A stretch of 64,000 nucleotides of DNA from the NCBI GenBank assembly GCA_964016885.1, contig OZ024746.1, forward strand, positions 24,304,001 to 24,368,000, written 5' to 3'. Shown in pieces: positions 1 to 13,994 of this stretch (its first letter is position 1; each line of letters opens with the position of its first letter). A program made the translations under genes and the position numbers. Source of the DNA: Eledone cirrhosa (lineage: Eukaryota). The notes beneath the pieces are model-generated. The model was not told where the DNA came from, made no database searches, and saw nothing but the letters and a program-made list of their open reading frames with translations.

Positions 1-119
1 ACCTAATCTTTCTGACTGTACCATTGTACATGGCTTATACAAACCATCACAAGTCATTCATCCATCCCTAACTTTCAGAGTTACCAGCAGATTACTGAAA
101 TATAACATACACCCAGTAA

Positions 120-1010
120 AGTGGTAGTGCTGGTGCCATGATAAAATGCACCCAGTACACCCTATAAGGTGGTAATGTTGGTGTTGTGATAAAATACACC
201 CAATACACTCTAAAAAAATGTACTAGACCTTACAGGGTGGACAGGGTGGACTGGGTGCTTTTGTTGTGGCACCAGCCCTACCACCTTACAGGGTGGACTG
301 GGTGCGTTTGTTGTGGCACCAACACTATTTCATTACAGGAATATGCTGCTCAGTGTACATGGTCAGGTTACAGTGAGTTAGGCCACTATCAGTGAGCCCA
401 CTTATCTTATTCTAGTAAGTCTCTTCAGTTGAATCACTGACTGACAGTCAATATATTGTTGGTTCCACAATAGGTACAGTCTGGGGTGACTGGCAATGGG
501 AGGAGCTTCCAGCAGTAGAAATCAGTTGAGAGGACCCTTCTGGCAAGGCATGACAACCTTTTTAGTGTTGGTGACAAGAAAAATACATCTAAACACCATG
601 TAAGGTGGCTGATGAGAGGAAGGGCATCCAGTTGTAGAAGCCAAGCACAAAAACAGCTTGAGAGAACTTTTCAGTTATGTCAAGGGTACGCCGACCTCTC
701 TAGTGCTGGTAACATGATAAAACACATGCAGTTCTTTAATGTGTTTGGTATTAAGAATGGTATCCAGCCATAGAAAACCTGCCACACAAATGGTAGATAG
801 GACTTTTCAATTGTGTCGAAGACATGACAACCTCTCTAGTGTTGGTGCCATGATAAAATCCACAGCACACTATGTAGAATGTAGAAATGTATGTAGGCAA
901 GGTGCAGTCCCTGACCCATCTGAGAGATTAATAGATCTAATTAAGTACTGACTTGGTAAGTGATGACCCATCTAGCCCTTGATAGCAGGGAAACGGACAT
1001 TAAATGATGA
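120..1010 (+). repeat. Degenerate tandem copies of a SINE-like segment with an RTE-type tail
   Basis: Motif tagtg(c/t)tggtgccatgataaaa recurs at about 126, 563, 701 and 837 (last three about 138 bp apart). aggaagggcatccag-like motif at about 617; region ends in ...aaacggacattaaatgatgatg. Confidence 0.55.
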
Positions 1011-1396
1011 TGCTTATGTGTGTGAGTATTTATATTTATTATTAGTTATGCAGATTAAAAGTAAACAATTTCTGCTTTTCAAAGCGGAATCTTATGAAAC
1101 ATATTATACACACACACACATATATATATATATACACACAATATAATGCCAAATAAGGCCACTCTCCATTTTGGCTTGCTCAGTTCAAACTCATAATTAT
1201 ATTGCTATTTCCTTTTTCAAGATTGTATTTCTAACAAGATACACTACCTATGTTTCAATTAATTTGGAAAATAATCAAGAATTTGGACAGATTTAGTAGA
1301 ACAACTAATTTTGGTATATTAAGTTGCTGTTTAGAACATAAAGCTATTTTTATAGAAAATTATGATGGAATGTTTATATTTAAATATGAACTTGTG

Positions 1397-1593
1397 TAGT
1401 GCTGGTGCCACAATAAAATGCAACCAGTAGATTCTATTAAGTGGTTAGCAATAGGAAGGGCATCCAGCCTTAGAAACCATGCAAAAATAAAACATAACAG
1501 GATGTGATCATCTCACCTGTCTAGTCTTGGAACATGACAACTCGTCCAACCCATGCCAGCATGGAAGACAGATATAAAATCGTGGTTATGATG
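1397..1593 (+). mobile_element. SINE 3' part with aggaagggcatccag domain and RTE-like tail
   Basis: aggaagggcatccagccttagaaacc...cgtccaacccatgccagcatggaa; the same family occurs at 52828-52980. Confidence 0.6.
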
Positions 1594-1599
1594 TCTGCA

Positions 1600-1958
1600 T
1601 ATGTAATGTGATGTTGCATAGTAGTGAGACATGAGTTTTAAAGGCAGAGGGTGTGCAAAGATTAGGAAGAAAGGAGGCTAGCATCCTCTGCCAGATATGT
1701 AATGTTAGTGTCCATGAGTGATGAATAGTGATGATAAGTTGAAGGAAAAATTGGACTTAAAAGGAATTAGATACAGTGTAAGAGAAGACTGCACTGGTAT
1801 GGACATATAATACATTGATGATCACTGGGTCAAGAAGTGCCAGACATTTTAAATGGAAGGAAACTGCTGAAGTGGAAGACCAAGAAAAATCTTGGCAGAA
1901 GTAGAGAAAGCTGATGTCAGAATGCAGTAAGTCAAGGAATGCTGTCGTAAAGAAAAGT
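1600..1958 (+). mobile_element. Degenerate RTE-clade LINE 3' fragment
   Basis: Decayed paralog of 1990-2420 (gtagtgagacatga...gagagaagactgcactggtatggacat...aagaagtgccag...ggaagaccaagaaaa) with stops and frameshifts. Confidence 0.7.
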
Positions 1959-1989
1959 CATTCAATCCATATTAGAATAAAAAAACATA

Positions 1990-2420
1990 TATGGTAGTGA
2001 GACATGACCAGCAACTGCAGAGGATGTGCGATGGCCAGAGAGAAATGAAGCAAGCATAGTCCGTTGGATTGCAATGTCAATGTGCGTGAACAACCAAGCA
2101 TAGATAAGTTGAGAAAGAAACTGGATATAAAAGGGATAAGTTGTGGTGTGCGGGAGAGAAGACTGAGATGGTATGGACATGTGATGCGCATGGAGGATGA
2201 CCGCTGGGTAAAGAAGTGCCAAGAAATCCCAGTAGAAGGAAGACGTAGTAGAGGAAGACCATGAAAAACATGGGCAGAGGTGGTGAGAGCAGACCTCAGA
2301 TCGCTGAAACTCACCGAGGAGATGACGAAGGACCGTGACAAGTGGAGAAATGCTGTGCTGAATAGGACCCGTCCCACCCTTGCAAGCAGAGAAAAGCAGA
2401 CGTAAAATGTTGATGATGAT
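1990..2420 (+). mobile_element. RTE-clade LINE, 5'-truncated ORF C-terminus and 3' tail
   Basis: Translates to YGSET*...RERRLRWYGHVMRMEDDRWVKKCQEIPVEGRRSRGRP*KTWAEVVRADL...DRDKWRNAV, the typical RTE C-terminal signature, and ends in (gat)n. Confidence 0.9.
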
Positions 2421-2580
2421 ACATATCATTGTCATTTTTACATCTGCTTTCCCTACCAACAAGGGTTGGATGGGCCTACATAGACCAAGTCAGTACTGGA
2501 GCAGAGCAACTGACCTCCCAGACAGGCCACGGTGTCTGCATCTCACTTATGTAAGGTCTTTTTTTTATTTTGTTATTTGT

Positions 2581-2797
2581 TGGTGGATTGACAGTATCGG
2601 TGGAGAGTCAGACAACATGCTTTGCAACATATAGTTGTGGCCCCTTACCTTCTGAGTTCAAATCCTGCCAAGGTTAGCTTTGCCTTTCATCCTTACGGGA
2701 TCAATAAAATAAACTACCAAGTAACTGGGGTTGATTTAATCAACTTTCCCCTTCCCTCAAAATTGTTGGCCTTGTGCCTAAATCAGAAACCATTATT
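2581..2797 (+). mobile_element. tRNA-derived SINE, family A
   Basis: A-box-like 5' end, B-box gagttcaaatcc, body ctttgcctttcatccttacggg...ggccttgtgcctaaa; about 20 copies in the window. Confidence 0.85.
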
Positions 2798-3146
2798 TGT
2801 TATCTGCTTGTCTGCGTTAGTCTTTACAAATGATATGTTTGAATATATTTTTTTCTCCACACTGACACAGATCTGTGTGTGTGTGGATTACCTCAAGGAT
2901 TAATTTTATGGATTCTCCTGGATTAGTATTTCAGATTACATCCGATGTATTTTATTGTATTAATAAACATATATATTTACAAACAATCACACACACTATA
3001 TATATATACATATATATATATATGTGTGTGTGTTTGTTTATATATAAATGTAATAATATTTATATATTTATCCATTATAAATAAACACACACAATATCAG
3101 TATAAAATGTAATATATATATATGTATTCTACAGACGGATAACTAA

Positions 3147-4054
3147 TCTATATATATAAAACAGAGGATGGCTGTCTGTGTGTCTGTTTCCCTAAAACTC
3201 GAGAAGTACCCAACCGTTTTTTTTCAAACTTTACACATGTAACCCGTATGGCCCCCGGAAGTGTTTTGAGCAAAAAAGAATTTCAAATTATTCTGACCTA
3301 GGAACCGTTTTAGGTGATTTAGCGATCCTTTTCTCTTTTTAGATAGATACATAGATATGACGTCGCGCCTTCATAAATTCTGTCTGTATGCCTGACTGTC
3401 TGCATTACGACATTATGACGCGATCAGTGTGTGTATATATGTATATATAGTGTATGTGTGTATGTATATATATATTCTTATGCCAGGGAGCGTCTTCACG
3501 AACCAAAGTATCGTCTTCCTGTTTTCCTTCGGTTGCAAAGTTTTTCGAAATATTTACATCTGCGTTCACAGATTGATTTTTTTAGTTTCAGAAGATCCCG
3601 TTTAGGTTGAAAGCAGCGATTCTTTGCTTAAACATTAATATATTATTTTAATATAGTTATTCGTGTACAGATATTTTTGCATACACAAAAACAAAATATA
3701 AACAAACAAGGCCAACGATTACATCAGTTAGTCTTAGTGTACTTCATCGTGCTTTTAGGTAGAAGATTCCGTTAAGGGTGAAAGCAGCGATTCATTTTCT
3801 GCGTTCACAGATTGATTTTTTTAGTTTCAGAAGATCCCGTTAAGTGTGAAAGCAGTGATTCTTTGCTTAAACTTTAATCTGTTATTTTAATATATATATA
3901 TATAATTATATATTCGTGTACAGATATTTTTGCATACACAATAACAAAATATAAACAAACGTATTTATTTCACGAGGCTCGATAAGGATAAATATATATC
4001 AAATATATAAGAACCCTAGAGCAAATCCCGAGCAACGCCGGGCCATTCTGCTAG
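3147..4054 (+). mobile_element. Non-autonomous Helitron
   Basis: A|TC 5' end (tctatatatataaaacagaggatg), subterminal hairpin cccg-agcaacgc-cggg, 3' CTAG|T, no TSD. Internal duplication of about 150 bp (3560-3710 vs 3800-3960). Confidence 0.85.
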
Positions 4055-4057
4055 TAC

Positions 4058-4104
<47 letters not shown>

Positions 4105-4976
4105 TCTGTATACACACATATACACCTTTCTGTATTGAACAAATGTATATCATCAAAATTCTGAAAACTGAACAGCAGTGTCTGTAATTGTTTGTGTGTG
4201 TGTGTACGCCAGTGTGTGTGTACGCCCGTGTGTGTACGTGAGTGTTTATGTGTATGTTTACCTATCTATCTTGGTGTGTGTGTGTATGCGTGTATGTGAA
4301 TGTGTGTGCATATATGTGTATGCGCGTGTGTGTGTGTGCATATATGTGTATACGTGTGTGATAAACTCTAAAGACATGTCACTTAGATATGTACCCTAAC
4401 CACTCAAACGTGTGTGTATATGTCTGATTATGCGCATGTGTGTTTGTATGTATACATGAGTGTGCATCTATGTATGTGTGTTTGTGTATGCATGGATGTG
4501 CGTATGTGTATGTAGTTCTCTGTGTGTGTTTATGATGATAAACTCCACGTTACAGTATGTAGGCAACATGTCACCTACATATACAATACGCAATCAATTG
4601 ATCGTCTGCTCCTTTCAACTCGCTTATATTTTCACAACGCACCCACCCCGTCTTCACACACAAAAAAATACTAAATATTTTTCACTTTTATACATTTACA
4701 CGTACAGATGCACACGCTCACACATACACACGTACACATGCACACGCAAACATACGCACATATGCATGCTAACACACGTACACACAGACATGCAAAAACA
4801 CGCACGCGCGTACACACTGACAACTACACAGTCGCATTGACATAATTACACACACACACACACACACAACTACACACATACAGTCGCACTGACATGACTA
4901 CGCACACACACAAACTGACATAACTACACACATACACATACGTAGTTAAGTATTTTGTCCCCTAAAGACTTCTTAA

Positions 4977-5153
4977 CCCTTTAGCAATTAAACCGGCCGT
5001 ATCCGGCCAGAATTCTCTCACCTCTTTCTGCTCAAACTGGCTGTAACTGGCCGCTCATACTGATGTTAAGGTCTTGTTCTCAAAATCTCATAGATTCGAT
5101 ATTATGTGAAGTAAAGCCTTTACCGTGAAAATATAATAGTAAATGCTAAAGAG
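4977..5153. mobile_element. piggyBac-like MITE, degenerate
   Basis: ttaa|ccctttagcaatt ... aaatgctaaagag|taaa: imperfect TIRs with a TTAA target at the left end. Confidence 0.5.
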
Positions 5154-5305
5154 TAAATGTAAATTTTTTAATGAAATTTTACAAAGATTAGTTTTCCATG
5201 ATTATGTTTTTTTTTGTGTTGCTTATGGCTATTCTTCGCAACTCCTATTGTAGGTACATACATATACACATACACCATATACATACACACATATATATAT
5301 ATATA

Positions 5306-5376
<71 letters not shown>

Positions 5377-5783
5377 AATTATCACATTAATACAATTGTC
5401 TTACCATTTATGGATTAATTATAAATTTATCCCCTTTAATCGAAACAATTATAGAAAAATGTTTTAAATTGAATATCTAATTACTTCTCTTAATACACAC
5501 ATGCACATATATACATATATATAAATATATATGCATACACACACATTTATATATACACATACATGTATACATAAACACACATACATATGAATATATGCAT
5601 GTACAATTACATATATATATATATATTCACATACATACATACATGCATACACATATATATGCATACACACACCGAGGTTAACTTTGCCTTTGATCCTTAC
5701 GGGGTCGATAAAATAAAGTACCAGTAATGCACTGGGTAATTGCTGGCCTTGTGCCAAAAGTAGAAACAATTATATATATATAC

Positions 5784-5818
<35 letters not shown>

Positions 5819-5842
5819 TTTTGAGTTTATGTTGGTTGTATA

Positions 5843-6044
5843 TAGGAACAAGTAAGACCCCGACGGCTGAGCTCAGGCCGTTTCGACGGCTAATTCTGTA
5901 CTAATTCCGTACAGAATTAGCCGTCGAAACGGCTTGAGCTCAGCCGTCGGGGTCTTACTTGTTCCTATTACCCACTCTACTACCCTAAGTATTGAGTACT
6001 TTGGTGCGTTATGGTCCACCTGGTTCCTTACCACATTTCCTTCG

Positions 6045-6046
<2 letters not shown>
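5843..6046 (+). mobile_element. Fold-back element with half-hammerhead motif (probable Penelope-like pseudo-LTR fragment), copy 1
   Basis: About 59-bp inverted arms (5843-5967) plus a unique 80-bp extension ending in (TA)n. Contains GAAAcggct-tgagctc-agccgTC. Confidence 0.7.
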
Positions 6047-6091
<45 letters not shown>

Positions 6092-6119
6092 TATTATATA
6101 CACACGAGTGGGGAGAGTA

Positions 6120-6400
6120 AAGGTATGTGGTTAATTCGGCACATTGTGTCCTTGAACAAGATATTTTATGTCACGTTGCTCCTGTCCACTCTGGCTAGTA
6201 CCAGTAATTCATAAAATCACCCAGCCTTGACACACACAACGTCACGCTGAATTCCACCACCACCACCACTACCCTGAGAACTACATTTACGACACACGTG
6301 TCTGTGGAATGCTCAGTCACTCACACGTTCATTATTTCACGAACAGCTTTGGTTCCTTTGTTGGAACAACTGTAACAATCGTCGTCGGAAACGACGTAGG
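6120..6400 (+). mobile_element. tRNA-derived SINE family B, internally deleted
   Basis: ttgtgtccttgaacaagatattttat...ccctgagaactacatt...gtgtctgtggaatgctcagtcact; shared with 28285-28400 and 63660-63900. Confidence 0.65.
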
Positions 6401-6792
6401 CCCTACACACACACCGGCATAGATACAGGCGCATACAAAGCGGGGCATGTGAAATGAATCGGTCGAGATATCGTCTTTTTTTCAAACGAATTCTATTGTA
6501 GTTTCCTGGTATTCTAGTGTTTCACTTTATTAAATCCTAGAAGGAAAAGTATTGATTATTCAATGTTCGTATTATCCTAAGGAATGATAATGGAAGTTGG
6601 AGATGTTTCGCTTTAGGTACATAAAGTGGCTATAAAAATGAAATATACCTTGCTTTTTCGTTGTAAATCTTCACCTTTTAATATTTGTTTAATCAATAAA
6701 CTGAACGATTTATTTCTAATTATTATTATATATATATTTTTTTTAAATATGTGATTTTTTTTTTGTTTAAATACCGGCTCGCTTCCACACAG

Positions 6793-6894
6793 CAGATTGT
6801 TTTCAGTCATTTACTGCCCACCAATGAATTAGTTCAACAAAGTGAAAGGAGTCCCAGAAAAGAAAGAATCTTGCTTAAGGCTGCAATGATGCTA
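6793..6894 (+). CDS. Possible internal coding exon, product unknown
   Basis: acag|CAG...CTA|gtacgt; 102 nt, open in one frame (QIVFSHLLPTNELVQQSERSPRKERILLKAAMML), non-repetitive. No homology recognised. Confidence 0.25.
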
Positions 6895-7129
6895 GTACGT
6901 TTCATTGTTTCATTTTACTGTTGAGTTTTTCTTTCTTTCGTTTTAATTCACCTTCATTTTATTGTTTCTTTTAATATACCTAAAGCGAAACATACCCCTA
7001 ATATTCGTACAGTTACGTTCATCTAGTTTGCAATCCTTACAGGTTTGTAATAATTGTTTAGTTTATAAGTTAGCCCTGGATGTTCAGGCGTGGCCATGAA
7101 AAAAATTAACAACTGGACAAAATCCTCAC

Positions 7130-7184
<55 letters not shown>

Positions 7185-8791
7185 TATCAGGTTATCTATT
7201 AAACACTATAAATGGATTTTGTTTTATCTTTTACTGCGTGGGGGTTTTGTCCGGTAAGAGCGCGTGGGGGAGGGGTTGTCGTGGGGTTTTTGTCCGTATC
7301 TAAATGCAGACTGACATATGACCAATATTATTCCAGTCATGACCATCTCGTTGGCATAGTAAACTCCGCATTTATTTAATGTGACCCTTTTCTTAAGTAG
7401 CGGTTCTTAACCTTTTGGGGTGCACCATGGTCTAATATGACTCCTCAGAAGATGTGACACCCCCTTCCCGCTTCAATATATAAATATGTTTGATGTTATA
7501 AAGATATTATGTAAAAAGATATATCCTAAAATACACCCCAAGTTCGGAATAATTGGGGGAAAAGATGACTATTATTTCTAGCCAGCCCAGTAACCACCAC
7601 ATTGGCCCGGGGTTAAATATTGTTTGTTGAGCAGACAGATCTATAAGTTTAGACATTCTGGCATTGATCATCCATCTAGACTTTTTTTTTTTGTCTATTT
7701 TTCATTATCTTGGATTACATTTATCCGATTTGCCTTTCCTTTTTTAATGTAGGCAGTAATTTGAGGCAGAATTTGCTGCTATCTCTAGCAGGTCGAGCAA
7801 CAAAGCAGAGCTCCTTCATACAGGTTTTAATAATAGTTAAGAATGGGCGGAATTCGGGGGTGGGAGTGGCTATTATTTGAGGGTGATTTTGCTGCTATCA
7901 CTGTAGGTCGAGCAACCACAACGAAGGTTTAATATTAATTGTATCGTCAAAGAAATTTATTGTCAACCAATCTTTTCTTTGTTCTGGGTCACTACCGAGT
8001 CTTTTATAGTGGCCAACGGAAGAATTTATCTTTGGACTAGGCCATCGTAACGTACAATTTAATTTCTCATATAAAGAAATACATCTGTTGATCCAGGTTT
8101 CAAATCTCGGCTACCTATGTAGTTCAACAAATATTTTAAACATTTCAAATTCTATTAATAGCTTTTATCATTTATCAATGATTCTGCAGCAGCTAAGAAT
8201 ACAAGAATGAGAGAAAGGTAATTTCTGGGGTATGGGAGGGAGGGGGCTCCGTACCTCAAAGGTTTCGGAATTGAGATAAGCGTTATGTACAATATTAGAG
8301 GCCGGGGGTGAATTATAGTGGTTTACTAGGAGTGGGTGCCTGCCTGAAATACAGCATACAGTCAACAAGTTCTGAATGTAGAAGTGATATTAGATAAACC
8401 ATTGTGCTTTATATAATTTAGTTTCACTTTAAATAATCAAGCGTGAACATGATAAAACGTATGAGAAGTATACTGTAGAAAAAATAAATACAAGTGGAGT
8501 AAGCCATTATAGTTTTATGAATAATAAATTGCGTTCAACATTGACTCGTGTCATTTTAAGCAGTATCGATTAAAGTGTGTGTATGTGTGTGGGGTACTGT
8601 AATGATTAGATGGGTTTTGCTGTATGCGCGTGTATGTATATAAGTATGTGTGTGTGTGTGCTGTTTCATTCGATTGAAATCACCAAGAAAGTCATTTCCA
8701 TTTGAAGTAATTTATTTACCCTATCTACTTAATGTACTGAGTACCTTATTTCACTCCACAATGGTCCCTTTTCCGTTCTGCTACGAAAAAC

Positions 8792-8877
<86 letters not shown>

Positions 8878-10258
8878 TTCACTTTTACGAGTAAAAATTA
8901 ACAGCGAGTACGATGAATTGAGGAATAACGTTACAAATTGTTTATAATTCTTACAGAATGAAAAATATAATCGACACGAATCTATAATTCAGTGTGTATA
9001 TTTCTGTACGTATACTAAATACAAACATACATGCATAGACACGTATGTGTGTTTGCGTTTATAACATAAACAAACAAAAATATAAAATAAACACGAGAGT
9101 ATATAGAGCGGACAAAATACTTTTATAATATATGTTCTAAGATGTTATGCACGAATAATATCATTAATATATATATATATAATTTGTCCTAAATTACAAT
9201 CATAATATAAAATGATAGAGTTAAGATATTTAAGCAAAAATAATAAAATGCTAAACCCTAATTCATAGAAGTCTTATCTGCATGAATACATGTGGAGAAA
9301 TAAGTTTGACGCTAGTAAATATATACAGAAAGACAAAGAAATGAGGAGATAGCGAATACACAAAAGAAAATAAATAAATAAAAGGTAAATAGCGAGAGAT
9401 AATGCAAACACGAACCTGTACACACACACACACACACACACCTGTAGCTGCATGCCACTTTAAAATATTCTAATTACCTAGACAGCACAAAATTCCGCAT
9501 TTAAAACCTAACATAAATGTATTGTAGTTCCATATACACGGGTAAACTAGTGTGCATTTAAGTGCACAGTTGACACAACTCCCTGATTTTCTATGATGTA
9601 ACCGAGTGCATACAACAACAATGTCAGTCCTTTACTTGGCAGGATAGATGTACTCTACAACAACATCAACATACATCACAAAACAGTTCTTGAGCGTAGC
9701 GTATTAAGCTTTACAGGTGCTAGTTACATTACAGACCTCTTTTCACCTGAGTATTTCAGTAAATGTAGATATGTGTCTGAACTTTATCTCGCGCACACAG
9801 ACACAGTGTGCAAGTGACTCGTAATGTATATACCTTTTTAATCAAAGACCGAATGTCGGATTTCCCCCTCTCCTCTTCTGTATTTTAGATTTCTTACTAT
9901 TCCATGAATGTATGAGAAAGATAGAAAGAAAGAAGAAAAACGAGAATCGCTCACTTAACATAAACACATACACATATCTTCTTCATTGTGAGAATATGTT
10001 TATATTTCTAACGCACACTCATACATACAGTATATCTGTATGCGTGAGAGTACACAAGAATTACCTTTTATTTTAATGTAAGCGTATAGATTGTCTATTT
10101 TAATGTATTATTATGCTTATTTGAATAAGAATCGCTGCGACAGAAAGAGAGGGCGCCAAAATGTATAATTGCATATAATCGCGCGTTCAAATGTGTAGCG
10201 CACCTTGGTACACGCATAATTAAAGAAAGAAACAAAGACAAGAAATCAAATAACTTAC

Positions 10259-10480
10259 CTGAAGAATGAATGTAGGACCAAACCAACAAAGTATGTCCGA
10301 TAATATATTATTACAGACTAAATCTCCTTTGATCCTGTTATGTAGAGCCGCGTGGATATAGCTCCGTGTAGTTAGGGGCCTTCCTGCAGCCGACTTGATA
10401 TGCCGGTGCAATAGCAAATCGGTTAACTACTAAGTGACTATATAGTAGTATCGCATCGGCCGTTAATACTGGCTTCTCGA
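10259..10480 (-). other. Possible non-coding (5' UTR) exon ending in a consensus splice donor
   Basis: Minus strand ...ttcttCAG|GTAAGT at 10259/10258; unique, relatively CpG-rich sequence. The 5' boundary is unknown. Confidence 0.35.
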
Positions 10481-10623
10481 TGAAATAACAATAACAACGT
10501 TATTGGTACTGATGGAAAAGCAGCGTTTGCTGATAGTGGTGGTGATAGCTAGCAAGTTTGTGTGTATTGATAGTGGTGGTGGGGGTGAAGGAGACGTGTA
10601 GTATAGGCTGTATGAACATCGAG

Positions 10624-10695
<72 letters not shown>

Positions 10696-12188
10696 TGAGA
10701 CAGTGAAGTGAACACGGGGAAGGAGAGCGAAAGAAACGAAACAGGGAGAAAGAGAACGAATGAAAGAAGTAAAATAAATAAATAAATGCGACTAACGGGA
10801 AGAATAAAATATGAGAGTATGTGGGAAGGAGAAAAGAAGAAAGAGAAGTCCTAATAAGAACAGAAAATAGATAGGTATTGATAAAGAGAGAGGGTGCGGA
10901 ACAGATAGACATACACAGAGTCGTAGAGAGATAGAGCGACAAAGGGATAAAAATAAAGAAAGTAAAAAAGAGAGTACGAAATCAAAAAGAAGAAAAATAA
11001 AATGTTAGATGGACAGGAAAAGAGGAAGATTGTAGAATGGTTTCCGAATGAGGGTAGTGTAATTGAAGAAAAGGCGATTGAAGGTTTATTAAGAGTAAAT
11101 AAGATTTCGGAAGGGTATTGCGAGGCGAGGCGGGGGGGGGGGGGGGAGATTGAAAGCAATAGTGGAGAAAACGTGACGTTGTTGTGGCTGGAAATAACTC
11201 ACAGACACTTCTGAAAGTCATAGGTTGAACTTGTCTCTTTTACTATATATATGTGTGTGTGTGTGTGTGTGTGGTTTTGGCAGATTAAGGAGTTGGGGAC
11301 TTATTGGGCTGTAAACGTGGGCCTGACAATATTTAAAGAGTCTATTTTTTATTTTTATGCTAACATAAATAATACACAAGGCCTCTTCCCTCACCACACC
11401 CGTGATGAAATGTTAAGCCAGGGGCCCCATGCAAGCTTCATCCGCCTTTGACGAACATATACATACATATTTATACACAAACACACACACGTGTGTGTAT
11501 GTGTGTGTGTATATATACATACATACATACATACATACATACACATAGGTACTTATATATTTATATATATACATACACATAGGTACTTATATATTTATAT
11601 ATATATATACATACACATAGGTACTTATATATTTATATATACATACACATACGTACTTATATATATATATACATACACATACGCACTTATATATTTATAT
11701 ATATACATACACATACGTACTTATATATACATACACATACGCACTTATATATTTATATATATATATATATATACATACACATACGTACTTATTTATATAT
11801 ACACACTAACACGTCTATTGGACTAGTAATGTAAACATATACAGCTTAAAACAATAAGATAGAGGGGAAGAGTGAGAGGAGGAAAGAGTGAGAAGAGGAA
11901 AGAATGGGTGAGGGAGGACTATTACGAGAGGGAATAGAAAGGATGGGAGCAATATACTTAGTATACGGATTTACACTGGCACTGTAACATATATTTCTAT
12001 AAACACAAACATGCATCACTAATGTGTGTGTGTGGCGGAATAAGCTTTATGGGCTATCAGGCTGAAAATCTTATCGGGAGACCCTTGTGTATTATGGTAG
12101 CTATAAAATTTGATGCCCTTTAAATATTGCGTGTCCAGTCAGCCTTCAACCTTCTTAATTAGCCACTGACATATGCATATATATATAT

Positions 12189-12222
<34 letters not shown>

Positions 12223-12959
12223 TACATGCACATATATATATACACACACACACACACATACATGCACACATATATACACACATACATACACGCACACATA
12301 CGTACACGCGCACACGCATACGTATTAGTGATGGGGGAGGTTGGAGAGCTTTACTTTTCAAGATAGCAAACGTGAAGGTTGCGTCGTTCTTGCCTTTTTC
12401 TTCGAAGACATACCATTCCATCAATAACCTTGGTGCTTCACATTTAGAGTGAGAAGCCACAGTAAGATGTTGTGGCTCTCTTGTCTTTCCTATGTGCTTT
12501 TGCAATGGAAATGAAGCGATTTCATCCATGAGTCGAAATGTGAAACGCAAGTTCGCGTCGGGGCATTTACGAACCAGCGAGAGAGACTTTATGTAGTGGT
12601 CGCTCGACCAGCTAGAAATAGCAGCCAAATCTTTTAAATCAATCCAATATCTTCTTACACATATAACTACACGCATTGATTATTACTGTATCGCTAGAAG
12701 GGATACAAACAAAACTCCAAGACAAAACCCCTGCAGGATAAAGACCCTAAAACAAAATGTCCATACTTACCGGACAAAAGCCCCACATAATAAAAAGTAA
12801 ACCCGTAAGAAAATCTATTTAGAGTTTTTAATAGCTAACATTATGAAATGTAATTTAATTGTTTCTACTTTAGGCACAAGGCCAGCAATTACCCAGTACA
12901 TTGCTGGTACTTTATTTTAATAAAGAATAAACTAAAACTAAATATTTAAATTCGGTACA

Positions 12960-13475
12960 ATGTCGATCGTGAGGATCGCTCCGCTGCCTTCTTTTAACAG
13001 TTTTCCTCTGCTTGGTGGCAGTAGTGAAAGAGGTTGAGATGGATGAAACTGAAAGGACTGAAGACAGAAACCTTCTTCTTCGGCCAATCCCTCGTCAACT
13101 TTTACAAGTTTCACTTGAAAAAAAAAGTGAGAGTGGAAAGGAAAGTGCTTCCCCCACTCCGTCCCAGTACATTTGTTAAAAGATGGATGAATGTTGCGAA
13201 GATGGCCCGTGTAAATGAACCTACTTTGCCCATGCGCCTGTAGGCTGGCTGATTTGGGTGCTCTCGAGCGTCGGATGGTTTAGGGTTTGTGGGGGTACGT
13301 AAGTCATCCCTAGGTGATCGTCCCCACTATTGGGGAATTTTCATTATTGTAATTCTTTTGCTTATTATTTGTTAATTTGCTTTTACTCGATTTCATTGTA
13401 AACCTCCACCGCCCCTCGCTATTGTATTGTCCTTTTTTTGTTGGCCCTTGTGGCAAATAAAAAGAAATAATAATA
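12960..13475 (+). mobile_element. Non-LTR retrotransposon 3' fragment (probably Tx1/L1-like ORF2 C-terminus and 3' UTR)
   Basis: ...LVAVVKE..W..LKGLKTETFFFGQSLVNFYKFHLKKKVRVER...FVKRWMNVAKMARVN then UTR ending ggcccttgtggcaaataaaaagaaa(taa)n. Paralog in reverse at 57925-58375. Clade is inferred. Confidence 0.65.
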
Positions 13476-13994
13476 ATCATTAATACCACTACTACTACTA
13501 TATGTATTTTGGCCGGCAGTGGGCAGGGATTTTGTCCAGACTGGAATATTTTTGATCCTGCCTCCGGACTCGAGACAGATCTTATTTAGACTTAGCTACA
13601 GAGGATCGGGACGCCATGGACACCAACCTGATGGAAGTTAGAACCTGAATGATCGTTCAACCCACTAAATTAGCTACCTAGTTAATGACACCACAAGCAC
13701 TACTATCTTTAAAAGAAAAATGAACACATCGGACAATATATTTTTGTAAAAAGAAAATAATCCCAAATCTGCAAAAAAACCCAGGAAAGTCACGGGTAAA
13801 ATACCATTGATCGTAAGTCTAGTTCTTCAGACTAACAACAACAACAAACATGGTTCTGTTTGTTTTTAATTCGTATATTAGTATTTTCAGTGTTAGAACA
13901 TAGCCAAGGATTATGCATAGCGGAGTTTACCCTAACGTATATCATCATACATGGAAGAACGTGGCTGATGGTTTTCATTAGTGGATTCGTTGAG

